Virus record (IMG/VR): IMGVR_UViG_3300027906_000003
Location: 1-64,000 of that record
Origin: a virus
DNA length: 64,000 nt
Direction: 5' to 3' (one strand)
The notes under the pieces were generated by a model. It ran no database searches and was not told the DNA's origin. It saw only the letters and a list, made by a program, of their open reading frames with translations. This document shows positions 39,601-48,835 of this stretch, one piece after another; position 1 is the stretch's first letter; each line of letters opens with the position of its first letter. A program made the translations under genes and the position numbers.

Positions 39601-42600
39601 AAAGATATACCTGTTTACTCTCCAAGTAGAGTTGACTTAGGTGGTTTAGAACCAGACGGAACATTCGAACTATCAGATTGTGCAGACTTTAGACCAAATT
39701 GTGGTCAAGTATTTGCATCTTCAACATTTAAAACCGATTTACAACATAATGTTGCAAGTCCATTAGACTTATCTAATACAACTAATGGTGCAAGGTATTC
39801 TCCATTTTCATATGATGAGGGTCGTTCATTTGCATCTAGTAGAACAAACATAACATCTGCTAATGCAAGTGCTGTAGACTCACCTGTTAATGGTTCAAAT
39901 ATGACTGGTGCTATTGACTTCTATGTTGGAAGAATAGATAAAGTGTTTATGCACAAAACAGGTCAGTTCATGGTATCAACAGGTATTCCTTCGTTGACAC
40001 CAACCAAACCAAAAGCAATCGATGATGCAATCGAAATGTTTGAACTGAGAATACCACCTTACACGAACAATCTAAAAGATATTAGAGTAAGGTCACATGA
40101 CCATAGACGATATACTATGAAAGATATCGGTAAGATTAATAATAGGGTCACAAACTTAGAAAGAATTACTGCATTATCTTTATTAGAAAAAGACACACAA
40201 ACAAAACAAATTTTAGATGCAGACGGATTTGATAGATTCAAATCAGGTTTCTTAGTAGATAACTTTAGAGGTCATAGAGTTGGTGATGTAAATCATCCAG
40301 ACTATAATGTTTCTATTGATGCAAAATTAGGTGCAATGAGACCTAAATCATATTCACAATTCTTTGATTTAGATTTAGATACTACTGCATCATCAAACTA
40401 TACTAAGACTGGTGATTTAATTACATTACCATTCTCAGAATTATCATATGTAAACCAAGATAAAGCATCAAGACAATTGAATGTTAATCCATATCATGTC
40501 TTTGCATTCGATGGTCAACTTAAATTAACACCTGGTACCGATATATGGCAAGACACAGAACAATTACCAGAAGTAAGAGTTAATAGAGAAGGAAACTTTG
40601 ATGCTGTTATGGCTGAAAACGATAATGCCTTAGGAACAGTTTGGAATAACTGGCAAACAACATGGGCAGGAGAACCAACTGCAGTAAGTTCAGAAGTTCA
40701 AGCAACTTCAAATGGTTCTTGGTCAGGAGACCCAGCACAAGGTGGTGAATGGGTTGCAGGTTTACAAGTCACAAGAGAAATTACAGAAACACCTGAAACA
40801 CAAACAAGAACAGGTGTGACAACAAGTGTTGTTGAAGACTTTGTAGAAACAAGAAACGATAGAGTCGTATCAGTATCAATGATACCATTCTGTAGAGCAA
40901 GAACAATTGAAATAGATGCAACGAACTTAAAACCAGGTTCAAATCACTATGTCTTCTTTGATAACATCGATGTAAATAAATTTGTAAGACCTTATAATGC
41001 AAGTTATTCACAAGACGGTGGAACTACAGTATCATCAGGAGTTAAGACAGACGGAAACGGAAGATGTCGTGCATATTTTGAATTGCCTAATAGTAATGCA
41101 CAAAGATTCCCTTCAGGAATGAGGGAGATGATGATTACAACATCTGCATTCAATCTATCTAATCCAGCTTCAAGTGCTAGTGTTATATATCAAGCACAAG
41201 GACTATTACAATCTTCTCAAACAGAAATAGTATCAACAAGAAATGGTCGAGTAATTACAGAAAGAACAAGAGGAGAAAGACAATTTACAAGAAGAGGTGA
41301 GAATATAAACTCAACTGAGTGGGATTCACAAGCACCAGAAATACCAGTAAATGATGTTGTCGTGACTCCACCAAGTTCACCGATAGTTCCACCTCCAGTA
41401 GAACCACCAATTCCTGTGCCAGCACCAATACAACCTCCACAATTGGAGTCATTCCCTGCTACTGGTGTAGACAGAAGATTCATAACCAGATTAGATGGTG
41501 GTGGAAGAGGTGGTTGGAAAGACCCATTAGCACAATCATTCATGTGTGAACCACAAGGTGGAATGTTCTTATCATCAATCGATTTATACTTTGCAACTAA
41601 GTCAGATAACTTACCTGTATCTGTAGAAATCAGAAATATGGTAAACGGATATCCAGGTCAAACAGTATTACCATTCTCAGTAGTCACTAAGAATCCAGGA
41701 GATGTTAATACATCATCAGATGGTTCAGTGGTAACAACATTCACATTCGAATCACCAGTTTATATAGAAGAGGGTGCAGAAATGTGTTTCGTTGTTCTAT
41801 CTAACTCAAATGATTACGAAGTATTCATTTCAAGAATGGGTGAATCAGATATAATTTCTGGTGAGACAATATCAGGACAACCTTATGCAGGTTCTTTATT
41901 CTTATCTCAGAATGCGTCAACATGGACTGCAGAACAAACAGATGATATGAAGTTCAACATGAAGATATGTTCATTCGATACAACAAAAACACCTGATTTA
42001 AGATTTAATAATAGTGCATTACCAACACACACATTACAAAACAATCCAGTAGAAGCATTCTCAGGCAAAAACTTTGTTAAAGTTTATAACTACTCACATG
42101 GAATGTATACACCAAATTCAAGTGTGACACTTGCAGGATTAACAGGAGACAAACAAGGTTCTGCCTTAACTGTTGATACATTTACTACATCAGGAAGTCC
42201 AACTGCATCTTCAACATTTGCTGATAAAGCACAAAGTTCAACATCTGGTCAAGGTTCAGGTATGGTAGTAGAACTTACTACAGATGCTTCTAGTCCACCT
42301 GTAGTCACAGGTGTTAAGATAAAAGACCCAGGTCAAGGACATGTAGTTGGAGATGTTATTACTATCGAGAATTTTGAATCAACACATGATTGCACATTTA
42401 GAATTGCCTCAATCGGAGAGACAATTGGTGGTATGCCAGTAGATGCTATAAACGCATCATTCACTGCCATTAAAGAAATTGGTATTGATTCATTCTGCGT
42501 GACACCAGATGTATCATCATATCACTTCGTATCAAATTATACTGCACCTGCATCAACAGTAAGTGGTGGTTCAGTTGCAACATCAACAAGAAACTATTAC

Positions 42601-43383
42601 TTTGATACACTGCATACTATGATACCTAACATTCAATTTAAAAACACAAGAATATATTCAAGTGTTTATATGTCACCAATGCAATCACCAGAAGGATTTG
42701 TTGGTGGTGGTGCAAACTATGTTAAGAAAACAGTCACAGAATTTATAACACTAAATGATAATAGTCATTTTAGTAATTCACATGTTGTTGCATCTCCAGT
42801 AAATGAATCTGCTTACAATGGTAACACAAAATCATTTACTGCTCAGTTGCAATTACAATCATTTAATTCTAACTTATCACCTGTAGTCGATGTAGGAACA
42901 TTGGGTGCTATTGGTATTATGAATAGATTGAACAATATTGATAGTGCAACAAGTAAGAAAATAGATACAACTACAAATTCATTACCAGAAGGAACAGTAT
43001 ATGTTGCATCAACTGAACCTGAGGGTGATAATAATGCAATGGTATATTGCACAAGAAAAGTTAATTTAAAAACACCTGCAACTGCATTAAGAGTCACAGC
43101 AGATTTATTTAAACCTGCAACAGCAGATATCAAGTTTATGTATAAGATTCTAAAGAATGATGAATCTACTCCTTGGGACGATTTGGGTTGGGAATTCTTC
43201 AACACTGATGGTTCACCAGATGCAACACTTGAATCAGATGCAAGAAACTTTAAAGAATATGATTATACTGCAGAAGGACTTGCAGAGTTTTCATCATTTG
43301 CAATTAAGATTGTAGGACAAGGAACAAATACATGTGAAATACCGTTAGTAGCGGCTTTAAGATGTATTGCATTAGCAACATAA
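36676..43383 (+). CDS. large VrlC-like (DUF4815-type) virion structural protein
   Basis: 2235 aa; NISPYYDD, QARELTQ.QSILQ.QIE, ARRTFD..GDF, RFKSGFLVDNF, DPLAQSF. Confidence 0.85.
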   Translation: MAEKTDLNISPYYDDYSEDKNFQKVLYRAGRPLQARELTQSQSILQNQIERFGDHFFKEGSIVSGAQCDVDMDLYYVKVKSANPNSSGDASIETFRTASHGLHIQGKTSGVVAKIITSTAETSDDKATLFVYYLQQGTNTTNDFAFTPNEELQLVTLDGSGNVSDIGTNNNDFQVEVETETPNGRASIANISEGVVFSRGFFLKVDKQELILEKYSGKPSYKVGLSIVESFVDSAEDNTLEDNATGTSNENAAGADRFKVALTLTKQSLTTSDDTNFIELTRVNQGVIELHVNRPVYNEIENTLARRTFDANGDFVVKQFTQSMREHLDDTTNRGFYTATNGGKEDQFVMQVSPGKAYVKGYEVEKIGTSIIPINKARSTATLTSTNTPIRLGNRLRVTKLHSLPEFGNESGTDAQDPFQTCELFPSAVASQGVKNSENPIGYARVRDVVHHSGVDSSNVYGDDAQFDLSMFDIKMFTQLSFSSVASNTEVKVGDKITETNSGVPTGASGIVAVCDSTNNVYMLHDVIGQFTVGYGLSSSGQTAHTKSNAAGITAVRNYNIDRVRSIYQEPLATSSREEFTANVITNSEFILTGTVQFTASSTALTGFGTAFTRELKEGDVVYNPSGSGQERIVASVTDNTTAVLTANSTAAFQGNVTRRRAALIDQDQSASIFSWPRDWVKDHTPDQVKVRRQKVVTVTSNSFTLNVGSSESFDSNLPTTDDLTIAVIEAGSGSSAKAVGDLLNVEDYTKTAGTGTLSIGGFHSDDNDAVLKVTYTVDINTPVNRDKTLHKNRCLKVGTASGNNGFYGTNYNDKEISLGVSDVFKVRGIYEGVDNTPLTPSATFTITSGAFTNHEVIIGQTSDARAVLVTNNGNAATSYFYYTTPERFIDTEVITGKDSSATATLTNVNAGSPDITSRYFFDDGQRDGMYDLAKLTLKSGEPVPQGPILIVYDYFTASNAGDFYDVNSYSNIDYKDIPVYSPSRVDLGGLEPDGTFELSDCADFRPNCGQVFASSTFKTDLQHNVASPLDLSNTTNGARYSPFSYDEGRSFASSRTNITSANASAVDSPVNGSNMTGAIDFYVGRIDKVFMHKTGQFMVSTGIPSLTPTKPKAIDDAIEMFELRIPPYTNNLKDIRVRSHDHRRYTMKDIGKINNRVTNLERITALSLLEKDTQTKQILDADGFDRFKSGFLVDNFRGHRVGDVNHPDYNVSIDAKLGAMRPKSYSQFFDLDLDTTASSNYTKTGDLITLPFSELSYVNQDKASRQLNVNPYHVFAFDGQLKLTPGTDIWQDTEQLPEVRVNREGNFDAVMAENDNALGTVWNNWQTTWAGEPTAVSSEVQATSNGSWSGDPAQGGEWVAGLQVTREITETPETQTRTGVTTSVVEDFVETRNDRVVSVSMIPFCRARTIEIDATNLKPGSNHYVFFDNIDVNKFVRPYNASYSQDGGTTVSSGVKTDGNGRCRAYFELPNSNAQRFPSGMREMMITTSAFNLSNPASSASVIYQAQGLLQSSQTEIVSTRNGRVITERTRGERQFTRRGENINSTEWDSQAPEIPVNDVVVTPPSSPIVPPPVEPPIPVPAPIQPPQLESFPATGVDRRFITRLDGGGRGGWKDPLAQSFMCEPQGGMFLSSIDLYFATKSDNLPVSVEIRNMVNGYPGQTVLPFSVVTKNPGDVNTSSDGSVVTTFTFESPVYIEEGAEMCFVVLSNSNDYEVFISRMGESDIISGETISGQPYAGSLFLSQNASTWTAEQTDDMKFNMKICSFDTTKTPDLRFNNSALPTHTLQNNPVEAFSGKNFVKVYNYSHGMYTPNSSVTLAGLTGDKQGSALTVDTFTTSGSPTASSTFADKAQSSTSGQGSGMVVELTTDASSPPVVTGVKIKDPGQGHVVGDVITIENFESTHDCTFRIASIGETIGGMPVDAINASFTAIKEIGIDSFCVTPDVSSYHFVSNYTAPASTVSGGSVATSTRNYYFDTLHTMIPNIQFKNTRIYSSVYMSPMQSPEGFVGGGANYVKKTVTEFITLNDNSHFSNSHVVASPVNESAYNGNTKSFTAQLQLQSFNSNLSPVVDVGTLGAIGIMNRLNNIDSATSKKIDTTTNSLPEGTVYVASTEPEGDNNAMVYCTRKVNLKTPATALRVTADLFKPATADIKFMYKILKNDESTPWDDLGWEFFNTDGSPDATLESDARNFKEYDYTAEGLAEFSSFAIKIVGQGTNTCEIPLVAALRCIALAT

Positions 43384-43387
43384 TATT

Positions 43388-43600
43388 ATGGAAGAGTATG
43401 CACAAGTTGAAGGACATTCTAATCTTTTAAGAGATGAAGAATCTTCTGCAATTGTAAATACAGACATTGAACAATGGAAACTTGCAAAACAAAGAAAATT
43501 GCGTTTTCAAAACCAAGCGAAAGAGATAAATAGTTTAAAGAGTGAAGTTGGTGAAATTAAAAACCTACTTAACGATATATTAGGAAAGTTAAATGGCTAA
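43388..43600 (+). CDS. small coiled-coil protein following VrlC
   Basis: VEGHSNLLRD..S.AIVN...EI..LK.EV.EIK.LL. Confidence 0.75.
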   Translation: MEEYAQVEGHSNLLRDEESSAIVNTDIEQWKLAKQRKLRFQNQAKEINSLKSEVGEIKNLLNDILGKLNG

Positions 43601-45071
43601 AACCGTAGATAATTACAGCACAATAAACGAATTCAGAGAGAGATATAATGAACTTGCCACAGATGTAGGTGAGGTTTCAGGATTAAGACCTGCGTTAGGA
43701 GAAAATCTTGTTGATGCCGTTAACGCAGTAGAAGATAAAGCATTCTATTTTGGAAAGTATAGATATGTTGCAACTGCAGGACAACAAACATTCACAGGTG
43801 CAGATGCAAATGGAAACACTCTTAAATATAAAGGAAATAGAGTTCAAGTATTTAAGAATGGTTCGTTATTAGAAGAACAAACTGATTGGCAGGTTGGTGG
43901 ACTTGCAGGTGCTTTCTATTATGACATACAATTGATATCGGCGGCAAGTGCTAATGATTTAATACAAATCTATGCTTACACAGGTTCTTTTGAAGGAACT
44001 GCTACATCAACTGCAATACTTTCATTCTTTACAGAAACATTACAGAACACAATCTATAACACAAATTCAAATGGTGTTATACTTCAAGGAGATAATTCAT
44101 CTCCTACAACAACCTTACAAGGTGGATATACTTTACAACTTGCAGGTAAAACTTATGCAGAAGATGACCTAACACTTGCAACAGGTAAACTATTAACTGC
44201 ACCTACTATGACTGATGGCACTTTATCAATCGATAATGGTAACATAACAGCTGCGGTCAATGGAACATTCTCAGCACAAGTTCAAGCAGAACACTTAAAA
44301 TCAACAGATGATTTAGAAGTAGCCGAAGATGCAACAATTGGTGGTGACTTAGGAGTCACTGGAACTGCAACAGTAGGAACTTTGTCATCAGGTGGTATAA
44401 CAGGAACAACTGCAAGTTTTACAGGAAATGTAGACTTAGGAAGTGATGCAAATGATACAGTATCAATTCTTGGTGTTGTAGATACAAATATAATGCCTAA
44501 TTCAGATAATACTAGAACATTAGGTTCTTCTACAAAGAGATTTCAGAGTTTACATGCAACAACTATTACTGCAACAACATTAAATGGTGAACTAGTAGGT
44601 AATGTAAAAGGTGATATCCTTAAAGATGACGGAACCAAAATTTTAGAAAACTCAACAGGTGCGTTGACTGGTACCGTTTCTAGTGTTTCAAATCATGCAG
44701 CGTCAGGATTATCAGATATTAATTATACATCATCACCAGCTGCTGGTCAAGTCTTAGCATGGGATGCCTCAAACAATTATTGGGAACCTGTTAACCCTAC
44801 AAATACAACAGACTCAGTATCAGAGGGTTCAAACAATTATTACTTTACAGATGATAGGGTCAATGCAATCATTAATGCTAATGCAGGTTTAGCCAAATCA
44901 TATGCTACCAACACAGGAAATTCTTTGGATGGTGACATAAATATTAGTGTTAACACCGCAGAAGGAGTCAAAATTGATGGTGATAATGTGGTGATGGACA
45001 AAACAATAGTAAGTTCAGCTCCTTCTGGAGTTGGGTCGACATCATCAGGTCACTTATGGTTTGTAGTATAA
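43593..45071 (+). CDS. tail fibre / whisker-like structural protein
   Basis: T..EFR..YN N-terminus, ATAGQQTF, beta-repeats, EGSNNYYFT; C-terminal SSAPS...GHLWFVV. Confidence 0.7.
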   Translation: MAKTVDNYSTINEFRERYNELATDVGEVSGLRPALGENLVDAVNAVEDKAFYFGKYRYVATAGQQTFTGADANGNTLKYKGNRVQVFKNGSLLEEQTDWQVGGLAGAFYYDIQLISAASANDLIQIYAYTGSFEGTATSTAILSFFTETLQNTIYNTNSNGVILQGDNSSPTTTLQGGYTLQLAGKTYAEDDLTLATGKLLTAPTMTDGTLSIDNGNITAAVNGTFSAQVQAEHLKSTDDLEVAEDATIGGDLGVTGTATVGTLSSGGITGTTASFTGNVDLGSDANDTVSILGVVDTNIMPNSDNTRTLGSSTKRFQSLHATTITATTLNGELVGNVKGDILKDDGTKILENSTGALTGTVSSVSNHAASGLSDINYTSSPAAGQVLAWDASNNYWEPVNPTNTTDSVSEGSNNYYFTDDRVNAIINANAGLAKSYATNTGNSLDGDINISVNTAEGVKIDGDNVVMDKTIVSSAPSGVGSTSSGHLWFVV

Positions 45072-45074
45072 ATT

Positions 45075-46469
45075 ATGTCAGAGAAAATTTATGTAAATAC
45101 TGGTTCGACCTTTCAACAACCATTTAATGATAGGTCACCTAAGAATGCTCAGCAACCTTATATAGCTAATGCTCAGACTCCCTATATAGCTAATTCACAA
45201 ACACCCTTTACATATTCAAATAGACAACCTGCAAAGTATCAGAATCCAACTGATGCTCAGCAACCTTATATAGCTAATGCACAACAGTCGTATCCATATA
45301 TTGCTAATGCAAGACAACCTTACATAGCTAACGCACAACAACCTTATCCATATCAGGCAAATAGTCAGAATCCTTATATTGCGAATGCAAGGCAACCTGC
45401 GAAGTATCAACATCCGACATCTTCTCAGACTCCTTACATAGCTAATGCACAGACACCGTATCCTGCTAATGCAAGACAACCTAGTGATTATCAAACACCT
45501 TATATTGCAAATTATCAAACAGCGTATCCTGCAAATGCGAGACAACCTGTAGATGCTCAACAACCTAGTAATAGTCAAACACCATATCCTGCAAATGCTA
45601 GGCAACCTGCAAAATATAGAAACCCATTTACATATAATGCGAGGACTCCAGCATCTTCACAAACTCCTGTAACCTATGATGTGTGGGGTGGGGGAAATGC
45701 TCAATCAACATCACAATTAGAAACCACAACTGATGTGTCAGCACCTATGGCACCCTTTTCACAAACGCCTACTTTTAATTACCAGACTGTAGGTCAACCA
45801 ACATCAATTCATTGGGGTCCAGGTTCAACACATATAAAAAATAGTCCAAATTCATCATATGCTCCAACAACTGCACCTATGATTTGGAGTACCCAGCAAT
45901 ATAACACTTATAATTACAGTTTCGGTTCTTGTTGGGCTCAGTTCTTTATTGGTTATGAATCTAGTTCAGGCAAAGTTTACTACGGTTATGGTGCGGGTAA
46001 TTCTCAATTCGGAGGCACAAGTGTTGGCACCTCTGGTAATAGAGTATATTTACCTTTAACTGAATTAAGTAATAATAATGTTATTGATAGTTCTTGGTCA
46101 ATATCAGTCAAATATACAGTTCAATCACAAAGTATAGTTCAAGGTGGTACATCTTCTCAACATCCAGCTAGTCCGAGTTATGGTACAGGTTTAGCTGCTG
46201 GAACATATGTAAACATATGGGATGGTTCTTCTGTTCAAAGTAGTGGCATTGAAACATTCATGTGGGAGGCGGTATCATCATCTAACCCAGGAAATGGAGA
46301 TGCAAGGGTTTCTGCAAGTGGTGTAGTATTTACAGTTAAGGCACATAAGACTGGTCAAACATCATACTATACACATTATATTGTAGCACAACATGGAGCT
46401 GGTACCAGCTCACCTTTTGGTGAAATATATTTGAGGTCACTCTATGGTAATAACCATGCACCAGTATAA
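45075..46469 (+). CDS. QPY-repeat filament protein A with C-terminal globular domain
   Basis: 25 units of x(Q/R)xP.. (6/8/10 aa), mostly PYIAN, followed by about 270 aa of Ser/Gly/aromatic-rich sequence. Confidence 0.8.
   Translation: MSEKIYVNTGSTFQQPFNDRSPKNAQQPYIANAQTPYIANSQTPFTYSNRQPAKYQNPTDAQQPYIANAQQSYPYIANARQPYIANAQQPYPYQANSQNPYIANARQPAKYQHPTSSQTPYIANAQTPYPANARQPSDYQTPYIANYQTAYPANARQPVDAQQPSNSQTPYPANARQPAKYRNPFTYNARTPASSQTPVTYDVWGGGNAQSTSQLETTTDVSAPMAPFSQTPTFNYQTVGQPTSIHWGPGSTHIKNSPNSSYAPTTAPMIWSTQQYNTYNYSFGSCWAQFFIGYESSSGKVYYGYGAGNSQFGGTSVGTSGNRVYLPLTELSNNNVIDSSWSISVKYTVQSQSIVQGGTSSQHPASPSYGTGLAAGTYVNIWDGSSVQSSGIETFMWEAVSSSNPGNGDARVSASGVVFTVKAHKTGQTSYYTHYIVAQHGAGTSSPFGEIYLRSLYGNNHAPV
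45111..45656 (+). repeat. coding repeat array A (182 aa)
   Basis: Unit lengths 6,6,8,8,8,6,6,8,10,8,10,8,6,6,8,8,6,8,8,6,6,8,6,8,6. Confidence 0.85.
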
Positions 46470-46483
46470 GGAGATGAGAAGAT

Positions 46484-47200
46484 ATGCCTACAGTTAGTCA
46501 ACCAGTCATAATTCAGCAACCTTATATTGCAAGTGGTCAATCGCCGGTCGATTATAGAGTTCCGTTTACATATCAGGCAAGACAACCTGGAACATATAGA
46601 CACCCCTTTACATATCAAGTTCCGTTTACATATCAGGCAAGACAACCTGGAACATATGATGCAAGGCAACCTGCAAAGTATCAACACCCATTTATATATC
46701 AGGCACGACAGCCTTCTACATATCAGGCAAGACAACCTGCTATATACAGACATCCGGCAGATTATCAAACACCATTTACATATGCTCGTAGACAACCGGC
46801 AACATATGCAAGACAAGGTCAAACTCCGTTTACATATCAAGCAAGAACACCTTTCACATATGATAGACAAGGTCAAACACCATTTACATATCAGGCAAGA
46901 AGTCCGTTTACATACAGAAATCCAACAGACTATCAGACACCTTATATTGCAGATGCAAGACAACCTGGAACATATTCTAATAGACAACCATCCACTTATC
47001 AGAATAGACAACCATTCACATATCAACTTTCGGTTCCAAGCACAAGACCAATAGGTCCTTTGGCAAAAGCAAAACAAGTTTGGGTAAATGATAACGGAAC
47101 TTTAAAAAAGGCAAGTAGTGTATATGTAAATGATGGTGGAACGGCTAAAAAGATACATCAAACACAACCTACAGCACAATTAACAGAACCTAATACCTAG
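46484..47200 (+). CDS. QPY-repeat filament protein B (mirror partner of A)
   Basis: PFTY/PGTY units; C-terminal VWVNDNG and VYVNDGG motifs; AGGAG RBS. Confidence 0.8.
   Translation: MPTVSQPVIIQQPYIASGQSPVDYRVPFTYQARQPGTYRHPFTYQVPFTYQARQPGTYDARQPAKYQHPFIYQARQPSTYQARQPAIYRHPADYQTPFTYARRQPATYARQGQTPFTYQARTPFTYDRQGQTPFTYQARSPFTYRNPTDYQTPYIADARQPGTYSNRQPSTYQNRQPFTYQLSVPSTRPIGPLAKAKQVWVNDNGTLKKASSVYVNDGGTAKKIHQTQPTAQLTEPNT
46493..47038 (+). repeat. coding repeat array B (182 aa)
   Basis: Unit lengths 6,8,6,8,6,6,8,8,6,8,8,6,6,8,10,8,10,8,6,6,8,8,8,6,6, the reverse of A. Confidence 0.85.
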
Positions 47201-47213
47201 AGTTCTTTTTTCG

Positions 47214-47221
47214 TATAAATA
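47214..47221 (+). promoter_or_regulatory. late promoter
   Basis: TATAAATA, 5 nt before the ATG. Confidence 0.75.
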
Positions 47222-47226
47222 GTTAT

Positions 47227-47562
47227 ATGGCTATTATCGCAAACTTATATATTGACCAAGGAACAGACTTCACAATTACAGTTGATGTCACAGACGCTGC
47301 TGGAGATGTTCTTAATTTGACTAACTATTCTGCGCTTGCACAAGTAAGAAAAACATATAGTTCTTCTAGTGCTTCAGTAGCATTTACTACTTCGATATCA
47401 GCAGCTCAAGGTCAAGTCACATTAAGTCTAAATGATACACAAACAAAAGCTTTAGAAGCAGGTCGATATGTTTACGATTTAAATATCACAAGTGCTGGTG
47501 GGATAACTACTAGAGTTGTCGAAGGACAAGCAATAGTGACACCAGGAGTAAGTCGGAGTTAA
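47227..47562 (+). CDS. Ig-like fibre/baseplate adaptor protein
   Basis: NLYIDQGTDF...AQVRK...GRYVYD...RVVEG...VTPGV. Confidence 0.75.
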   Translation: MAIIANLYIDQGTDFTITVDVTDAAGDVLNLTNYSALAQVRKTYSSSSASVAFTTSISAAQGQVTLSLNDTQTKALEAGRYVYDLNITSAGGITTRVVEGQAIVTPGVSRS

Positions 47563-47564
47563 TT

Positions 47565-47807
47565 ATGTCGAACATTAAAGGAACAGTTTCAAGAGTTGTA
47601 GGTATCTCAGGTAGAGTTGGAGGCACAGGAAACATTCGTGCTAAACAAGTCCAAGTTGGTTCAGGTGGAGGTGCAGACTTATCAGCAAAATCTATAAATG
47701 AACTTGCAGATGTTAATGCAACTGAAACAGATGATGGTCTTCTTTCATATGACCAAGCATCAGATAAATGGACAACCACTACTACGATAGACGGCGGAAC
47801 ATTTTAA
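47565..47807 (+). CDS. short fibre connector protein
   Basis: LADV...DGLLSYD...KW; C-terminal IDGGTF. Confidence 0.65.
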   Translation: MSNIKGTVSRVVGISGRVGGTGNIRAKQVQVGSGGGADLSAKSINELADVNATETDDGLLSYDQASDKWTTTTTIDGGTF

Positions 47808-47823
47808 AAAGTTTTAATATATT

Positions 47824-48687
47824 ATGGATGAATGGTCACCTTTGCGTGAAATCATTGTAGGCACACTTCAAGGTTTCGAAGAACATAATCACTATTCATC
47901 ATATCATTCCTCAAATAAATTCATTAAATCATTATATGATGAAGCAGAAGAGGGTCTACAAACATTTCAAAAACTATTAGAGAAAGAGGGTGTAATTGTT
48001 CATCGTCCTCGTGGTTTTTGTTATAATGTAAGAGATTGTGCTGTAGTATTAGGTGATACTATTGTTGAGGGTTCTATGAGATATGAAGAAGAGTATCTTT
48101 GGTTGGAATCTTTAAGACCAATATTCTTAGAAAGTGATTTAAATTATTTGATAGGTCCTAAACCCACATGGAAAAATGACGAACCCATATTTGATGGTGC
48201 AAATCTTTGTAAACTAGGAGATAGTGTTCTAATTGCAATTAATGAAACTGCAAATGATAAAGGAAAAATGTGGTTAGAGAAAACATTTCCAAATATAAAC
48301 TTCAATTCAATAAATCTAAAAGAAGATGTATCTCATATAGATACAACTATAGTTCCTATATCTTCTAATACTGTTTTATTAAACTCAAATAGATTAGACG
48401 AAGATACACTTCCATCTGTATTGAATGATTGGAATAAAATATGGGTTAAAGAAGAAGATTTAGTAGATGAAGCTAAAATGTTTGGATTTAAATATGGTGC
48501 AAGTAAGTGGATAGGTATGAATACTCTTTCTCTTAATGAGAATACACTATTCATTAGTGAAGGACAAGTAAAACTTATAGACATATTAGAGAGTAAGAAC
48601 TTTAATTGTATACCTGTTCCTTTAAGATATACCAGAGAACTTTGTGGTGGTTTACATTGTTGCACTTTAGACCTGGTTAGAGAATAG
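47824..48687 (+). CDS. amidinotransferase (pentein superfamily, glycine amidinotransferase-like)
   Basis: DEWSPLREIIVG, RD, FDGAN, HIDTT, GGLHCCTLD. Confidence 0.88.
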   Translation: MDEWSPLREIIVGTLQGFEEHNHYSSYHSSNKFIKSLYDEAEEGLQTFQKLLEKEGVIVHRPRGFCYNVRDCAVVLGDTIVEGSMRYEEEYLWLESLRPIFLESDLNYLIGPKPTWKNDEPIFDGANLCKLGDSVLIAINETANDKGKMWLEKTFPNINFNSINLKEDVSHIDTTIVPISSNTVLLNSNRLDEDTLPSVLNDWNKIWVKEEDLVDEAKMFGFKYGASKWIGMNTLSLNENTLFISEGQVKLIDILESKNFNCIPVPLRYTRELCGGLHCCTLDLVRE

Positions 48688-48693
48688 GATTTG

Positions 48694-48701
48694 TATAAAT
48701 A
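48694..48701 (+). promoter_or_regulatory. late promoter
   Basis: TATAAATA, followed by a long structured leader. Confidence 0.75.
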
Positions 48702-48835
48702 CTAATACAATCAATGTGCCATTCAGTGAGGCACGAACCTCATAGTGAGAGGATAGCATATATGATTTCAATCTAGGGATAGTGAACTAGAATTTTGCAA
48801 AATTTTATTAAATATATTTTCTTTAGGAGAGAAAA

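Noticed and set aside
41340-41445. Pro-rich stretch in the VrlC-like protein as an intein or insertion element
   Set aside because: It is a short low-complexity linker before DPLAQSF with no intein or endonuclease motifs.
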